Assembly: GCA_016906335.1 (NCBI GenBank)
Contig: JADEYG010000002.1
Span: forward strand, 62,001 to 126,000
Direction: 5' to 3'
Origin: Novakomyces olei
Taxonomy: Eukaryota
DNA: 64,000 nt
Shown piece after piece: positions 1-8,980 of the stretch (position 1 is the first letter of the stretch; each line of letters opens with the position of its first letter). The translations under genes were made by a program, and so were the position numbers. The notes under the pieces are model-generated. The model saw only the letters and a program-made list of their open reading frames with translations, was not told the origin of the DNA and did no database searches.

Positions 1-1659
1 CGCGTCAGTCTCAACTACTGACAGTCGGTCCGGATCGAAGTATCGTAATATCGGCGCTTGCAGGAATGTCGACTTTAGTTCCTGAAACGCTGATTCGGTG
101 GCTTCGGTCCATTTGAAATCCCGATCTTTCTTCAATAACGCGGTCAGAGGCTGACAGATTTTGCTGTAGTTTTGTATAAACCGCCGATAGAAGTTTGCAA
201 AACCTAGGAATGCTAACAAGTCTCGCTGAGTCTTCGGGGTCGGCCAGCTCCGTACTGCCTCCACCTTCCCGGGGTCCATTTTAACGCCCTCAGTGCTTAT
301 TACGAAACCCAGGAACTGCGTCTGAGTAACATTAAACTCGCACTTTTCCAATTTCACATATAGGCTTGCTTCTCTGAGCCTCTCCAACACGTCTCGTACG
401 TGCTTCACATGATCTTCCTCGTTCTCTGAGTATATCAAAATGTCATCCAAGTATACCACTGCATACTGGTCTAGGCATGGCCTTAAAACGTCATTCACCA
501 GCGCTTGAAACGACGCCGGAGCGTTCGTTAAGCCAAACGGCATCACTTGATACTCAAAGTGACCGTATCTTGTGCGGAAGGCCGTCTTCCATTCGTCACC
601 CCTTTTAATACGCACTAGATTATAAGCTCCTCTCAAGTCTAGTTTCGTAAAAACGCGCGAAGTACGAACTCGGTCCAACAACTCCGAGATTAGCGGAAGA
701 GCGTACCGATTCTTTATTGTAACCGCATTGAGTCCTCGGTAGTCTACGCATAATCGTAACGATCCGTCCTTTTTCTTTACGAATAATATCGGCGCTCCAG
801 CCGGACTAGACGAATGCCGAATAAAACCTTTCTCCAGGCTTTCTGCCAAATACTCGCGTAGTGCCTTAAGTTCCGGTTCCGACAACGCATATATTGGCCC
901 GTGGGGAGGATGTGCTCCGTCACTTAGGGGTATAGCGTGGTCCCACGCCTTGTGGTCCGGGAGGCGACTCGCACTCTTCTTATCAAATAACTCTCGGAAG
1001 TCCTCATAACTTTCCGGTACTTTCTGTAATTCTTCGGCAACCGGCGCCTCTTGCTGCTCGGTTCCATACACACAAAGAGACCCACTCTGGCCATCTTTGA
1101 ACAATCTCTTAAACACTGCCGCTGACACCAATCCTACCTCTGGCATTGGGCCGCTCAAACATAGTCTTCTGCAGAACTTCGACGTAAACTCAATCCGTGA
1201 GCTCGTCCAATCAATATCCGGGTTGTGTAGATCTAGCCACGGCCGGCCTAGAACTATCGGATAATTTCCAATCTTCATCAAGTTAAACTGTATCTCTTCG
1301 CTATGGCCTGGAACTTCGGTGGTGTGCATCCGAATTGGTTCCGTGTGTCTCACAATAGCTCCGGAAGACGCTTCGCTTCCATCAAATACAGTAACAGTTT
1401 CCGGTGTATCCTTACGAGTGGTAGGGATATGTAATTTCCGGATAAAATCCAAATCAGCAAAATTTGAAGTCGCGCCGGAGTCAATCATTGCAGTAACTTT
1501 GCGCTGACCTCCGGGTGCTTCAATCAATACGGGAATAGTCAAGTGAGGAGAATATAACGGTGACGGTGACAAGTAAAACGATAATCTATGGTGTACGATA
1601 CTACGCCCTTCTGGCAGACTCAGGCAGGGCTTCAGTATTTTTCCTGAGCCTCGTCGTTT
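1..1659 (-). CDS. pol: Pol of element D (protease and RT, partial), -1 frame relative to gag
   Basis: Manual translation gives protease VTAMIDSGATSNF (~1460-1497) and RT AVVYLDDILIYS (~430-460) in the same frame. The ORF runs off the window, so it is absent from the ORF track. Confidence 0.9.
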
Positions 1660-2588
1660 TCCTCGTAATACTCTTCCGTCTCCGCAATTGCGGCATGCTG
1701 TCCCAAGGCGCGGTTTGATGTTGGGCATTCCGCGGCTCGGTGACCCGGCTTGTCGCATCGGAAACAGCGGAAAGTGCGGCGAATATCATTTGGCTTGGAC
1801 TTTCCGGGGCCTTTAACTCTGGCATTTCGTCGGACTTCAGACTGTGCACTGACTGAGTCGACTTCCATAGGCATTGTTTCCGGTACAATTCTTCCCTGTC
1901 GATTTGTCTCGTGTGCTTCGTATCGCCGGACTGTTCTCGGCAGCACAACATCTAATCGACGATCATACAGTCGGTTGTCGATCGTAACCGCTGCTTTCAT
2001 AAACTCCGTAAGTGATTTCGGTTTCGGTACTTTCGCTAGTTCGTCCAAAATCTGCGGCTTCAGTCCCGCTTCGAACAAAAACATAAGCGCCGCATCGTTA
2101 AAATCCAGGAACGACGCGAGCTGTTGGAACCTCGCTACGTAACTAGATACCGAACCAATTTGCTTTAGCTTCTTTAACTCTCTCTTTGAGTTCTCATATG
2201 TATCGAAATCCCCAAACGTACGCGAGATCTCTGTCACGAATCCTTCGTAATCACTCAACATCTCCGGTTCCGGAGTCACCCTCATCTGTGACTCGAACCA
2301 ACTAAAAGCCGGACCGCGTAGCAGGGATGCTGCAAATCGTACACGGTCTCGGTCTGTTCCGAAGTCCCTACTGTTGGCTTCCAAGTACATTTTCACATGG
2401 GCTAGGAACTGCCGAAGTTCCGGTCGGGCTCCATGGAATTTGTCCGGTTTCTCAATCGGCGAAGGTCTTGCCTTCCCGGCACTAAACTGCATAGCTCGCA
2501 GCTCTTCGTTCTGACGACGTATTGTCTCAATCTCACCTTGCAGTTGCACCAAGGCATCAAAGTAATTAATGTCTTGTCCAGACTCCAT
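1632..2588 (-). CDS. gag: Gag of element D (capsid plus CCHC zinc knuckle)
   Basis: 318-aa ORF with PDKFHG, FAASLLRGPAFSWF, LKQIGSVSSYVARF and the knuckle CFRCDKPGHRAAEC. Confidence 0.93.
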   Translation of the reverse strand: MESGQDINYFDALVQLQGEIETIRRQNEELRAMQFSAGKARPSPIEKPDKFHGARPELRQFLAHVKMYLEANSRDFGTDRDRVRFAASLLRGPAFSWFESQMRVTPEPEMLSDYEGFVTEISRTFGDFDTYENSKRELKKLKQIGSVSSYVARFQQLASFLDFNDAALMFLFEAGLKPQILDELAKVPKPKSLTEFMKAAVTIDNRLYDRRLDVVLPRTVRRYEAHETNRQGRIVPETMPMEVDSVSAQSEVRRNARVKGPGKSKPNDIRRTFRCFRCDKPGHRAAECPTSNRALGQHAAIAETEEYYEENDEAQEKY

Positions 2589-2831
2589 CTTCCTTCACTG
2601 AAGTCTTCCTTCACAAAATTGAATAAAATTAAATTAAATCTCACACAAAATCTCAACTAAAATCAGTAAAATTATTCAACTCGCAACTGCTAAAATAAAC
2701 TTCAAACAACTTCAGATCAAAATTTTCAACACAAAACACATTTTTTTTTTTTTTTTTTTTTTTTTAATAAAACTTTTCTTCCTCTTCTCCCACCTAAAGC
2801 AGGTACAGGCAAGTTCGCCGACGGGTTAAAG

Positions 2832-3211
2832 TGTAAAGAACGCCCAGGACACTGTAGGCACTCTAGGCCGAAGAGGGATTACAAGTAACACAAACACAAA
2901 TATGAAGGAAGAAAATATATTAAGTTAACCCGTGAAGAGCGGAAGCTCTTCACGCTAGCCTATATACTTTGTTTACTTCGCAGTCACTACTGCTAAGTAA
3001 ACGTTCTACCCTAATTGCGTGTAACCCCGAACCCTACCGGACTACCGGAGTTACCGCTTACGCCGAAGTTCCGATACGGAACTTCGTAACTAAAACTAAT
3101 CTAAACAACTATAAACTACCGAAGTCCGTAATCGGGACTTCGGTCCGAACAAACTACGAACCATCTATAAGAAAGCCGGAGGCCCGAGCCTCCGAACAGC
3201 CGATCATCACA
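2832..3211 (-). repeat. 5' LTR of element D (~380 bp)
   Basis: Bounded by TGTAAAG and CATCACA, TATA-like at 2961-2966. The right end abuts B-family pol sequence. The partner LTR is outside the window. Confidence 0.8.
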
Positions 3212-3327
3212 CAATACCAGAAAGAGACAAATACAATGGGAAAAGCAAGATAAACCATACAACTCAATATCACAAAAGGGTGCATCCGTTGTAAGTTCAA
3301 TCACAATTGATCCAAAGAAAAGGATTG
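3212..3327 (+). pseudogene. 116-bp pol fragment of element B between the D and A insertions
   Basis: Near-identical to A 5502-5617 and continues at 8955 after the GATTG duplication. Confidence 0.9.
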
Positions 3328-3621
3328 TGTTAGGAGTGTAGATAATAAATAATTAAACATTGAATTACTTAAAGGGTCCTAAACGTGTACGGATTAAATC
3401 TGGAACCTCGGCATTTGATTAATAATTAATCACGCCATAGCGGAAGCTGACTCATGATTAGTCAAGGCTGACTCATAATTAATCACGCCATTTCGGGCTT
3501 TCGGACAATGGATTATTAATCCATTACAGGAGTCTATAATAAGGACACGGTTTCCCATAGTTTAGAACATAGTTTTTTCTATCTTTTAATTTATTTGTTA
3601 CAACAGTGAGTTACCCTCACA
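3328..3621 (+). repeat. 5' LTR of element A
   Basis: TGTTAGG...CCTCACA, direct repeat of 8661-8954. Confidence 0.97.
3448..3475 (+). promoter_or_regulatory. Cluster of AP-1/YAP-type bZIP sites in LTR A
   Basis: TGACTCA 3448-3454, TTAGTCA 3458-3464 and TGACTCA 3469-3475, upstream of the TATA-like motif at 3535. Confidence 0.55.
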
Positions 3622-4318
3622 CATTTTTTCACTGCTAACTAGGACAGTGACTCCCCCGTCTGGACAACGCCGACGGATTTACCCTCACGTTTTCTCTGAG
3701 CCTTTTGCAAATCTTTTGCGTCAGGCGAAAACTGATCCTCCTAAGGATAAGGTGTTGACTGGATATTGCCGTCAATACCCGGAGTCCAAGGAGCGAAAAC
3801 AAAACTCTGAGTCTGGACCTGCCGACCAGAGTGTTCGACCCTCTTCCAGCTTGACTCTTCAGCTGTCGAAGAGAAGAGAAAGAAACGCTCGCCGTTCAGA
3901 GGCCTTCAAGGAGCGTAAGAGAATTGAAACGGTTTCTAAACCATTTGCAACACCTCGTCCGAAACCACTTCCAACCCCGATTCCGGCCCCGCTTCCGAAA
4001 CCAGTTCCAGCACCAGTTCCAGCACCAGTTCCAAGATTACCGCTTACGGAGGAAGAAATATTTCGAAAAGAAGCTCATTGGACAAGCAAGGTTGCGGCTC
4101 AAATCAAATACGAGGACACCTACAATAATCTTGTGGCCAAAAGAATACAGGAACTGAGCAGGAAAAAAAAAACTAAGTATTTGCTTGACAACATCGTTGA
4201 GGACGAATACAGAATCCGTCTTTTTAAAGGAGAGGATCCAGACAAAGTTGAAAAGGACTACTACGAACATTTGGAACAAGGACGACAAAAGCCATCCTAT
4301 CTTAATACGCTTTTTTAA
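3605..4318 (+). CDS. Accessory ORF0 of element A, 223 aa, unknown function; join(3605,3648..4318)
   Basis: Open frame with no internal Met, homologous to 15319..16029 in C. Basic motif KRRERNARRSEAFKERKR, Pro-rich linker, conserved C-terminal domain. Confidence 0.85.
   Translation, partial: SELPSHIFSLLTRTVTPPSGQRRRIYPHVFSEPFANLLRQAKTDPPKDKVLTGYCRQYPESKERKQNSESGPADQSVRPSSSLTLQLSKRRERNARRSEAFKERKRIETVSKPFATPRPKPLPTPIPAPLPKPVPAPVPAPVPRLPLTEEEIFRKEAHWTSKVAAQIKYEDTYNNLVAKRIQELSRKKKTKYLLDNIVEDEYRIRLFKGEDPDKVEKDYYEHLEQGRQKPSYLNTLF
3606..3647 (+). other. Predicted 42-nt spliceosomal intron spanning the LTR end and PBS region of A
   Basis: Donor GTGAGT 3606-3611, branch GCTAAC 3634-3639, acceptor CAG 3645-3647. 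Removal gives CAAC-A|TG-ACT-CCC, in frame with ORF0. Confidence 0.8.
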
Positions 4319-4389
4319 ACTAGCTCATTAATTTAACTCAAATTTATTAATCTACTTTATTCATAAAATTAATTTAATTTTAATTAATT

Positions 4390-7300
4390 ATGGATTTTAA
4401 GATTAAATTACCTGAGCCTACGAAATTGAATGGTCGCCCAATGACCCATAGAGAGTTCCAGTCATGGAGACACTCTATGGTAAAATGGCTCGCCTATGTC
4501 AAGACAGGCGAACATCCTATTGCTATTTCAGATGTCGACTTGATTAGCATGTTTCTCGAATCAAATGCTTCGATCTATGCTGAGGAGCTCCGTGACAATA
4601 CTTCTCTCACAGCAAATCAAATGCTTGATCACCTTGAGAGAAGCATTGTTCCGAACGATTATCTACCTCGTGCATACAGCAAGTTTGTCACCTTCACTCA
4701 GGGCACAAGAAGCATTAGCCAATATGCAACGCAGCTTAAGCTCAAATCAATGGAACTTGAGATAGTCAACGAGGCAATCTTGATTCAACAATTCATACAT
4801 GGATTAAATGAAAGAACCAAACCTCAAATAATGGGATCATTGAGAAGTGCATTTGGAACTCAATCCGGTGATAGTTCGAACATGGTCAAATGGAATTGGC
4901 AAAACGTTGTTGATGTGGCTACAGGTTATGACTTTGCGACAGCAAGACCCTTTGTTGGAAATATGAGTACGAAAGCAGCCAGTCAGAGAACAGAGGCACG
5001 AGCTGATGTTCCTGAAAAGAGTGAACCAGAGAAACCTATTCTCCGAACAAGATGTACTTTTTGTCGCAGAACTGGGCACACCTACGAGCAATGTTTCAAA
5101 AGAAAGAATCAGTCAAGTGTGAGTGCTCTTCAAACAAGCACAGAAATAGATAGCGAAGAAATAAAACTTGAGTATCACTGTTCCGCTGTCCAAAATACCG
5201 GTCAACAATTTCTTGTAGTCCTACCAATTGATATAAACGGTAAAGAAATAAAATGTCAAATACTTATTGACACCGGGAGTGACCTTGACGTTATTGATTC
5301 GAACTTCTGCAATGTTCACCGACCAAAATACTATGAAAGTGACCATAAAATTGAAATGGCATTTCAAGGATCAAGAACTATTAGCCGACACATGGCAAGA
5401 ATACGATTTAAGGGATATGAGTTGAATTGCGCAGTGGCAAGACTGAGAACCTCTGACCTTCTCATCGGAATGGGAACACTAAGCAAACTTGGAGCAATTG
5501 TCAATACCAGAAAGAGACAAATACAATGGAAAAAACAAGATAAACCATACGATTCAATATCACAAAAGGGGGCAGCCGTTGTAAGTTCAATCACAATTGA
5601 TCCAAAGAAAAGGATTGATGTTCAGTCAGTTCGAGAACAAGACACAATTGACTCAAATAAGGTACTGGAAGTGCTACAAGACAAGTTCAAGCAAACTTTG
5701 GTAGCAAGTCCACCAAGCAAATTGCCTATAATGAGACCAGTGGTTGCAACATACGAGCCGATCGACCCACACAAGAAGTACAATATCAAAAAGTGGTATC
5801 CAAGCAAGAAGCTAATGATGCCCTTAAAACTGAAAATTGATGAACTTCTACACGCCAAAATGATATCAATTTCTACAGAAGAGCCAAGTGCCATATTATT
5901 TCCTATTCCTAAAGACAAGGACATGGTCAACAAGCTCACAGATCCAAAAGAAATCAAGAATTATCTGCGATTTGTCAATGACGCTAGACCTCGGAATGCG
6001 AACATGAAACGCTTTTACATTCAGGTTCCTCGCATTGACATTGTAGTTCAAGATATTGCCAGAGCAAAATACAGAACTAAGATTGACTTGAAGGACGCTT
6101 TCTTTCAATCTAGAATACAGCCTGGGCAAGAACATTATACGGCATTTTGGACGCCATTTGGAATATACCAATGGAATGTGATGCCACAAGGAGATCGAAA
6201 CTCTACTGCTATACAACAGCAGCTTATGGAGGAATTATTCAGACCCTACATTGGCATTTGGATGACAGTATATGTTGACGACATCATCATATACGATGAC
6301 GATGTCCAGGAACACTTGGATCACCTAGTGATTGTCTTTGGAATAATGTCTAAATGGGAACTATACGCTAGTCCAGCCAAGACCTTTCCATTCTGCAAAA
6401 GCTTTGTGGTACTAGGCAGACAGATCAGTGATGAAGGAATCAAAATGACTGAAAAATCAAGAAACTCCATACTACGACTAGAAACTCCAAAGAACATGAA
6501 ACAAATACAGAGACTGGTGGGCATGCTAAACTGGATTTCAACGTTCATACCCAATTTATCGTCACACATCTCAACATTCACTGAAATGAAGGAGTTTTCC
6601 TGGGATGAAACTAAGCAGAAAGGATTTGACAAAATAAAGTCTGCAGTTCAGCAAGACATAATACTCAAGCCATTTAACCCAGAGCCTCTGAACAATGGAA
6701 CAGAGAAATTATTCATGGGAATAGATGCCTCTCTGGTGGGCACTGGAGGTTGGCTAGGTCAAGGAAAAGAATGGCAAACATGCAGAATAATTGGGTTTAC
6801 CTCTAAGAAACTTGGAATAGCAGAATCCCACTATCCAGTTCACGAACTTGAATATCTAGCATGCATCAGAGCATTGGAGCATTTCGAAATATATGCTAGA
6901 GGATATCAGGTAAATTGTTTGACAGACAATAAAGCATTAAGTCGTCTTTTTTACTCGAAGAACGTTATGCTGTCGCGACGTCATCTACGATGGATGGATT
7001 TTTTGAATGAATTTGACATCAATATTATACACGTGCCAGGAACACTTAACGTCTTAGCAGACTTATTGTCACGCTCTCATTCACACTCAAAGGTCGCTGG
7101 AATCTCTATTGAACAAACCCCAAATACAGATATAGATGTAGAGATACACAATCTCTATCTAAAGGATACATATTGGGCAGAAATACTTGCAATATTGAAA
7201 AGCAACGAAGAAAATCCAGATACCGAAAAACTTAAATCAAGATATTGTCTCAAAGATAATCTCATTCACCTCAAATTTGATGACCGAATCTGTATTCCTT

Positions 7301-8685
7301 CAGGCTTCACAAACAAGATAATACAAGAACTTCACGACACATATCAAGGTGGACATGGAGGCATAAATAAGACAATAGCCGGTGTTGCGCGGACTTATTA
7401 TTGGCCAGCAATGGCAAAAGAAATTAAGGACTATGTGAAGTCGTGCGAGACGTGTGCTAAGAGCAAAATTACACCTCACAAGCCCATTGGTTTACTATTA
7501 GAGCTGAACATACCAAAGGCTCGATGGGAAACCATTGGAATGGATTTCATTACTGGGCTTCCTTTATCTGGAAAGGAAAAATACGATGCAATAATTTGTA
7601 TTGTTGACCGACTCACCAAACGCGCGCATTTTTGGCCAACACACACAACTATAACCGCTGAAGGCACAGCAGCTCTATTCTTGGATCGATATTTCTGCTT
7701 ACATGGTCTACCAAAAATAATTATTAGTGACCGAGATGTCAGGTTTATGTCAGAGTTTTGGACACAACTCACAAAGGTTCTTGAAGTCAAACTCAAACCA
7801 TCATCAAGCTATCACCCACAAACAAATGGGCAAACGGAAAGAACAAACAGGGTTCTCGAAGATTACCTACGCCTATTTACATATGCCAATCGTAACAACT
7901 TCACATGGCACAAATTGCTTTCGTTTGCAGAATTCTTTTATTCCTCAAGCAAACACTCTGCTATCACGATGACTCCATTTGAAGCTGACCTAGGATACAA
8001 TCCAAGAAGCTTAAGTGATCTTGCAATGTCTATTCCACAAAGTCAAGACAATTCATCATTCCTTGAAACTCTAGCAGCCAATCAAATACTCTGTCAAGAT
8101 GCCATAAGAGCCGCACATGACTTATCAAAGATTTATGCAGACAAAAACAGACTCAACATTGAATATGAAGTCAACGACTATGTATACCTGAGTACTGCAA
8201 ACATTCGAGAAATACCTGAACTATTTCAACATGACTTGACCAGAAAACTTCAATCCAAATACATTGGACCATACAAAATTGTTAAAAAGGTCAGTCCAGT
8301 GGCATATGAACTGGAACTACCCACAAATCTAAAATATCATTCAGTTGTTCATATCTCACAACTCAAAAAGCACAATGCAATGACTGAACAGAACGAACGT
8401 GAACAACCAAAACCAAAAGCTTTGCGACGCTATAAAGATAATACAGAACTTTATGCTATACAAAGCATAGTTGACCACGCTTGGTTCAGAGCTGACAAAA
8501 AGTCTACAACACCTAAAAAAGGCTACACCTTACTTTATCGAATTCGCTGGGAAGGATACAATCCTGACGAAGACACATGGGAGCCAAAACAACACCTACT
8601 ACATTCCAGACAACTCCTTGACAACTACAATTCGACACATCTCGAATTAGTGGGGGAGGATGTTAGGAGTGTAGATAATAAATAA
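4390..8685 (+). CDS. gag-pol: Single-ORF Gag-Pol of element A (Gag-CCHC-PR-RT-RNase H-IN-chromodomain)
   Basis: 1431 aa: CTFCRRTGHTYEQC, LIDTGS, YVDD, IDAS/ELE/TDN RNase H, HHCC plus GMDF/ISDRD/QTER integrase, YIGPY, chromodomain YRIRWEGYNPDEDTWEP. The stop lies inside the 3' LTR. Confidence 0.97.
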   Translation: MDFKIKLPEPTKLNGRPMTHREFQSWRHSMVKWLAYVKTGEHPIAISDVDLISMFLESNASIYAEELRDNTSLTANQMLDHLERSIVPNDYLPRAYSKFVTFTQGTRSISQYATQLKLKSMELEIVNEAILIQQFIHGLNERTKPQIMGSLRSAFGTQSGDSSNMVKWNWQNVVDVATGYDFATARPFVGNMSTKAASQRTEARADVPEKSEPEKPILRTRCTFCRRTGHTYEQCFKRKNQSSVSALQTSTEIDSEEIKLEYHCSAVQNTGQQFLVVLPIDINGKEIKCQILIDTGSDLDVIDSNFCNVHRPKYYESDHKIEMAFQGSRTISRHMARIRFKGYELNCAVARLRTSDLLIGMGTLSKLGAIVNTRKRQIQWKKQDKPYDSISQKGAAVVSSITIDPKKRIDVQSVREQDTIDSNKVLEVLQDKFKQTLVASPPSKLPIMRPVVATYEPIDPHKKYNIKKWYPSKKLMMPLKLKIDELLHAKMISISTEEPSAILFPIPKDKDMVNKLTDPKEIKNYLRFVNDARPRNANMKRFYIQVPRIDIVVQDIARAKYRTKIDLKDAFFQSRIQPGQEHYTAFWTPFGIYQWNVMPQGDRNSTAIQQQLMEELFRPYIGIWMTVYVDDIIIYDDDVQEHLDHLVIVFGIMSKWELYASPAKTFPFCKSFVVLGRQISDEGIKMTEKSRNSILRLETPKNMKQIQRLVGMLNWISTFIPNLSSHISTFTEMKEFSWDETKQKGFDKIKSAVQQDIILKPFNPEPLNNGTEKLFMGIDASLVGTGGWLGQGKEWQTCRIIGFTSKKLGIAESHYPVHELEYLACIRALEHFEIYARGYQVNCLTDNKALSRLFYSKNVMLSRRHLRWMDFLNEFDINIIHVPGTLNVLADLLSRSHSHSKVAGISIEQTPNTDIDVEIHNLYLKDTYWAEILAILKSNEENPDTEKLKSRYCLKDNLIHLKFDDRICIPSGFTNKIIQELHDTYQGGHGGINKTIAGVARTYYWPAMAKEIKDYVKSCETCAKSKITPHKPIGLLLELNIPKARWETIGMDFITGLPLSGKEKYDAIICIVDRLTKRAHFWPTHTTITAEGTAALFLDRYFCLHGLPKIIISDRDVRFMSEFWTQLTKVLEVKLKPSSSYHPQTNGQTERTNRVLEDYLRLFTYANRNNFTWHKLLSFAEFFYSSSKHSAITMTPFEADLGYNPRSLSDLAMSIPQSQDNSSFLETLAANQILCQDAIRAAHDLSKIYADKNRLNIEYEVNDYVYLSTANIREIPELFQHDLTRKLQSKYIGPYKIVKKVSPVAYELELPTNLKYHSVVHISQLKKHNAMTEQNEREQPKPKALRRYKDNTELYAIQSIVDHAWFRADKKSTTPKKGYTLLYRIRWEGYNPDEDTWEPKQHLLHSRQLLDNYNSTHLELVGEDVRSVDNK

Positions 8686-8954
8686 TTAAACATTGAATTA
8701 CTTAAAGGGTCCTAAACGTGTACGGATTAAATCTGGAACCTCGGCATTTGATTAATAATTAATCACGCCATAGCGGAAGCTGACTCATGATTAGTCAAGG
8801 CTGACTCATAATTAATCACGCCATTTCGGGCTTTCGGACAATGGATTATTAATCCATTACAGGAGTCTATAAAAAGGACACGGTTTCCCATAGTTTAGAA
8901 CATAGTTTTTTCTATCTTTTAATTTATTTGTTACAACAGTGAGTTACCCTCACA
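8661..8954 (+). repeat. 3' LTR of element A
   Basis: Direct repeat of 3328-3621, preceded by the PPT and followed by TSD GATTG. Confidence 0.97.
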
Positions 8955-8980
8955 GATTGATGTTCAGTCAGTAGCAAACT

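Larger units (their letters stand above)
1..3211 (-). mobile_element. Ty3/Gypsy LTR retrotransposon D (5' part; continues past the left edge), inserted into element B
   Basis: TG..CA-bounded LTR 2832-3211, then gag and protease/RT on the minus strand. Sequence from 3212 matches the protease-RT linker of the A/B family. Confidence 0.92.
3328..8954 (+). mobile_element. Full-length chromodomain Ty3/Gypsy element A, nested in same-family copy B
   Basis: 294-bp LTRs (3328-3621, 8661-8954) with one visible mismatch, TSD GATTG (3323-3327 and 8955-8959), PPT AGTGGGGGAGGA before the 3' LTR, intact ORFs. Confidence 0.97.

Noticed and set aside
3647-4318. ORF0 as an env-like gene or as the real gag
   Set aside because: It lies upstream of gag-pol and has no signal peptide or transmembrane segment. 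Capsid-like and CCHC motifs are already in the long ORF.
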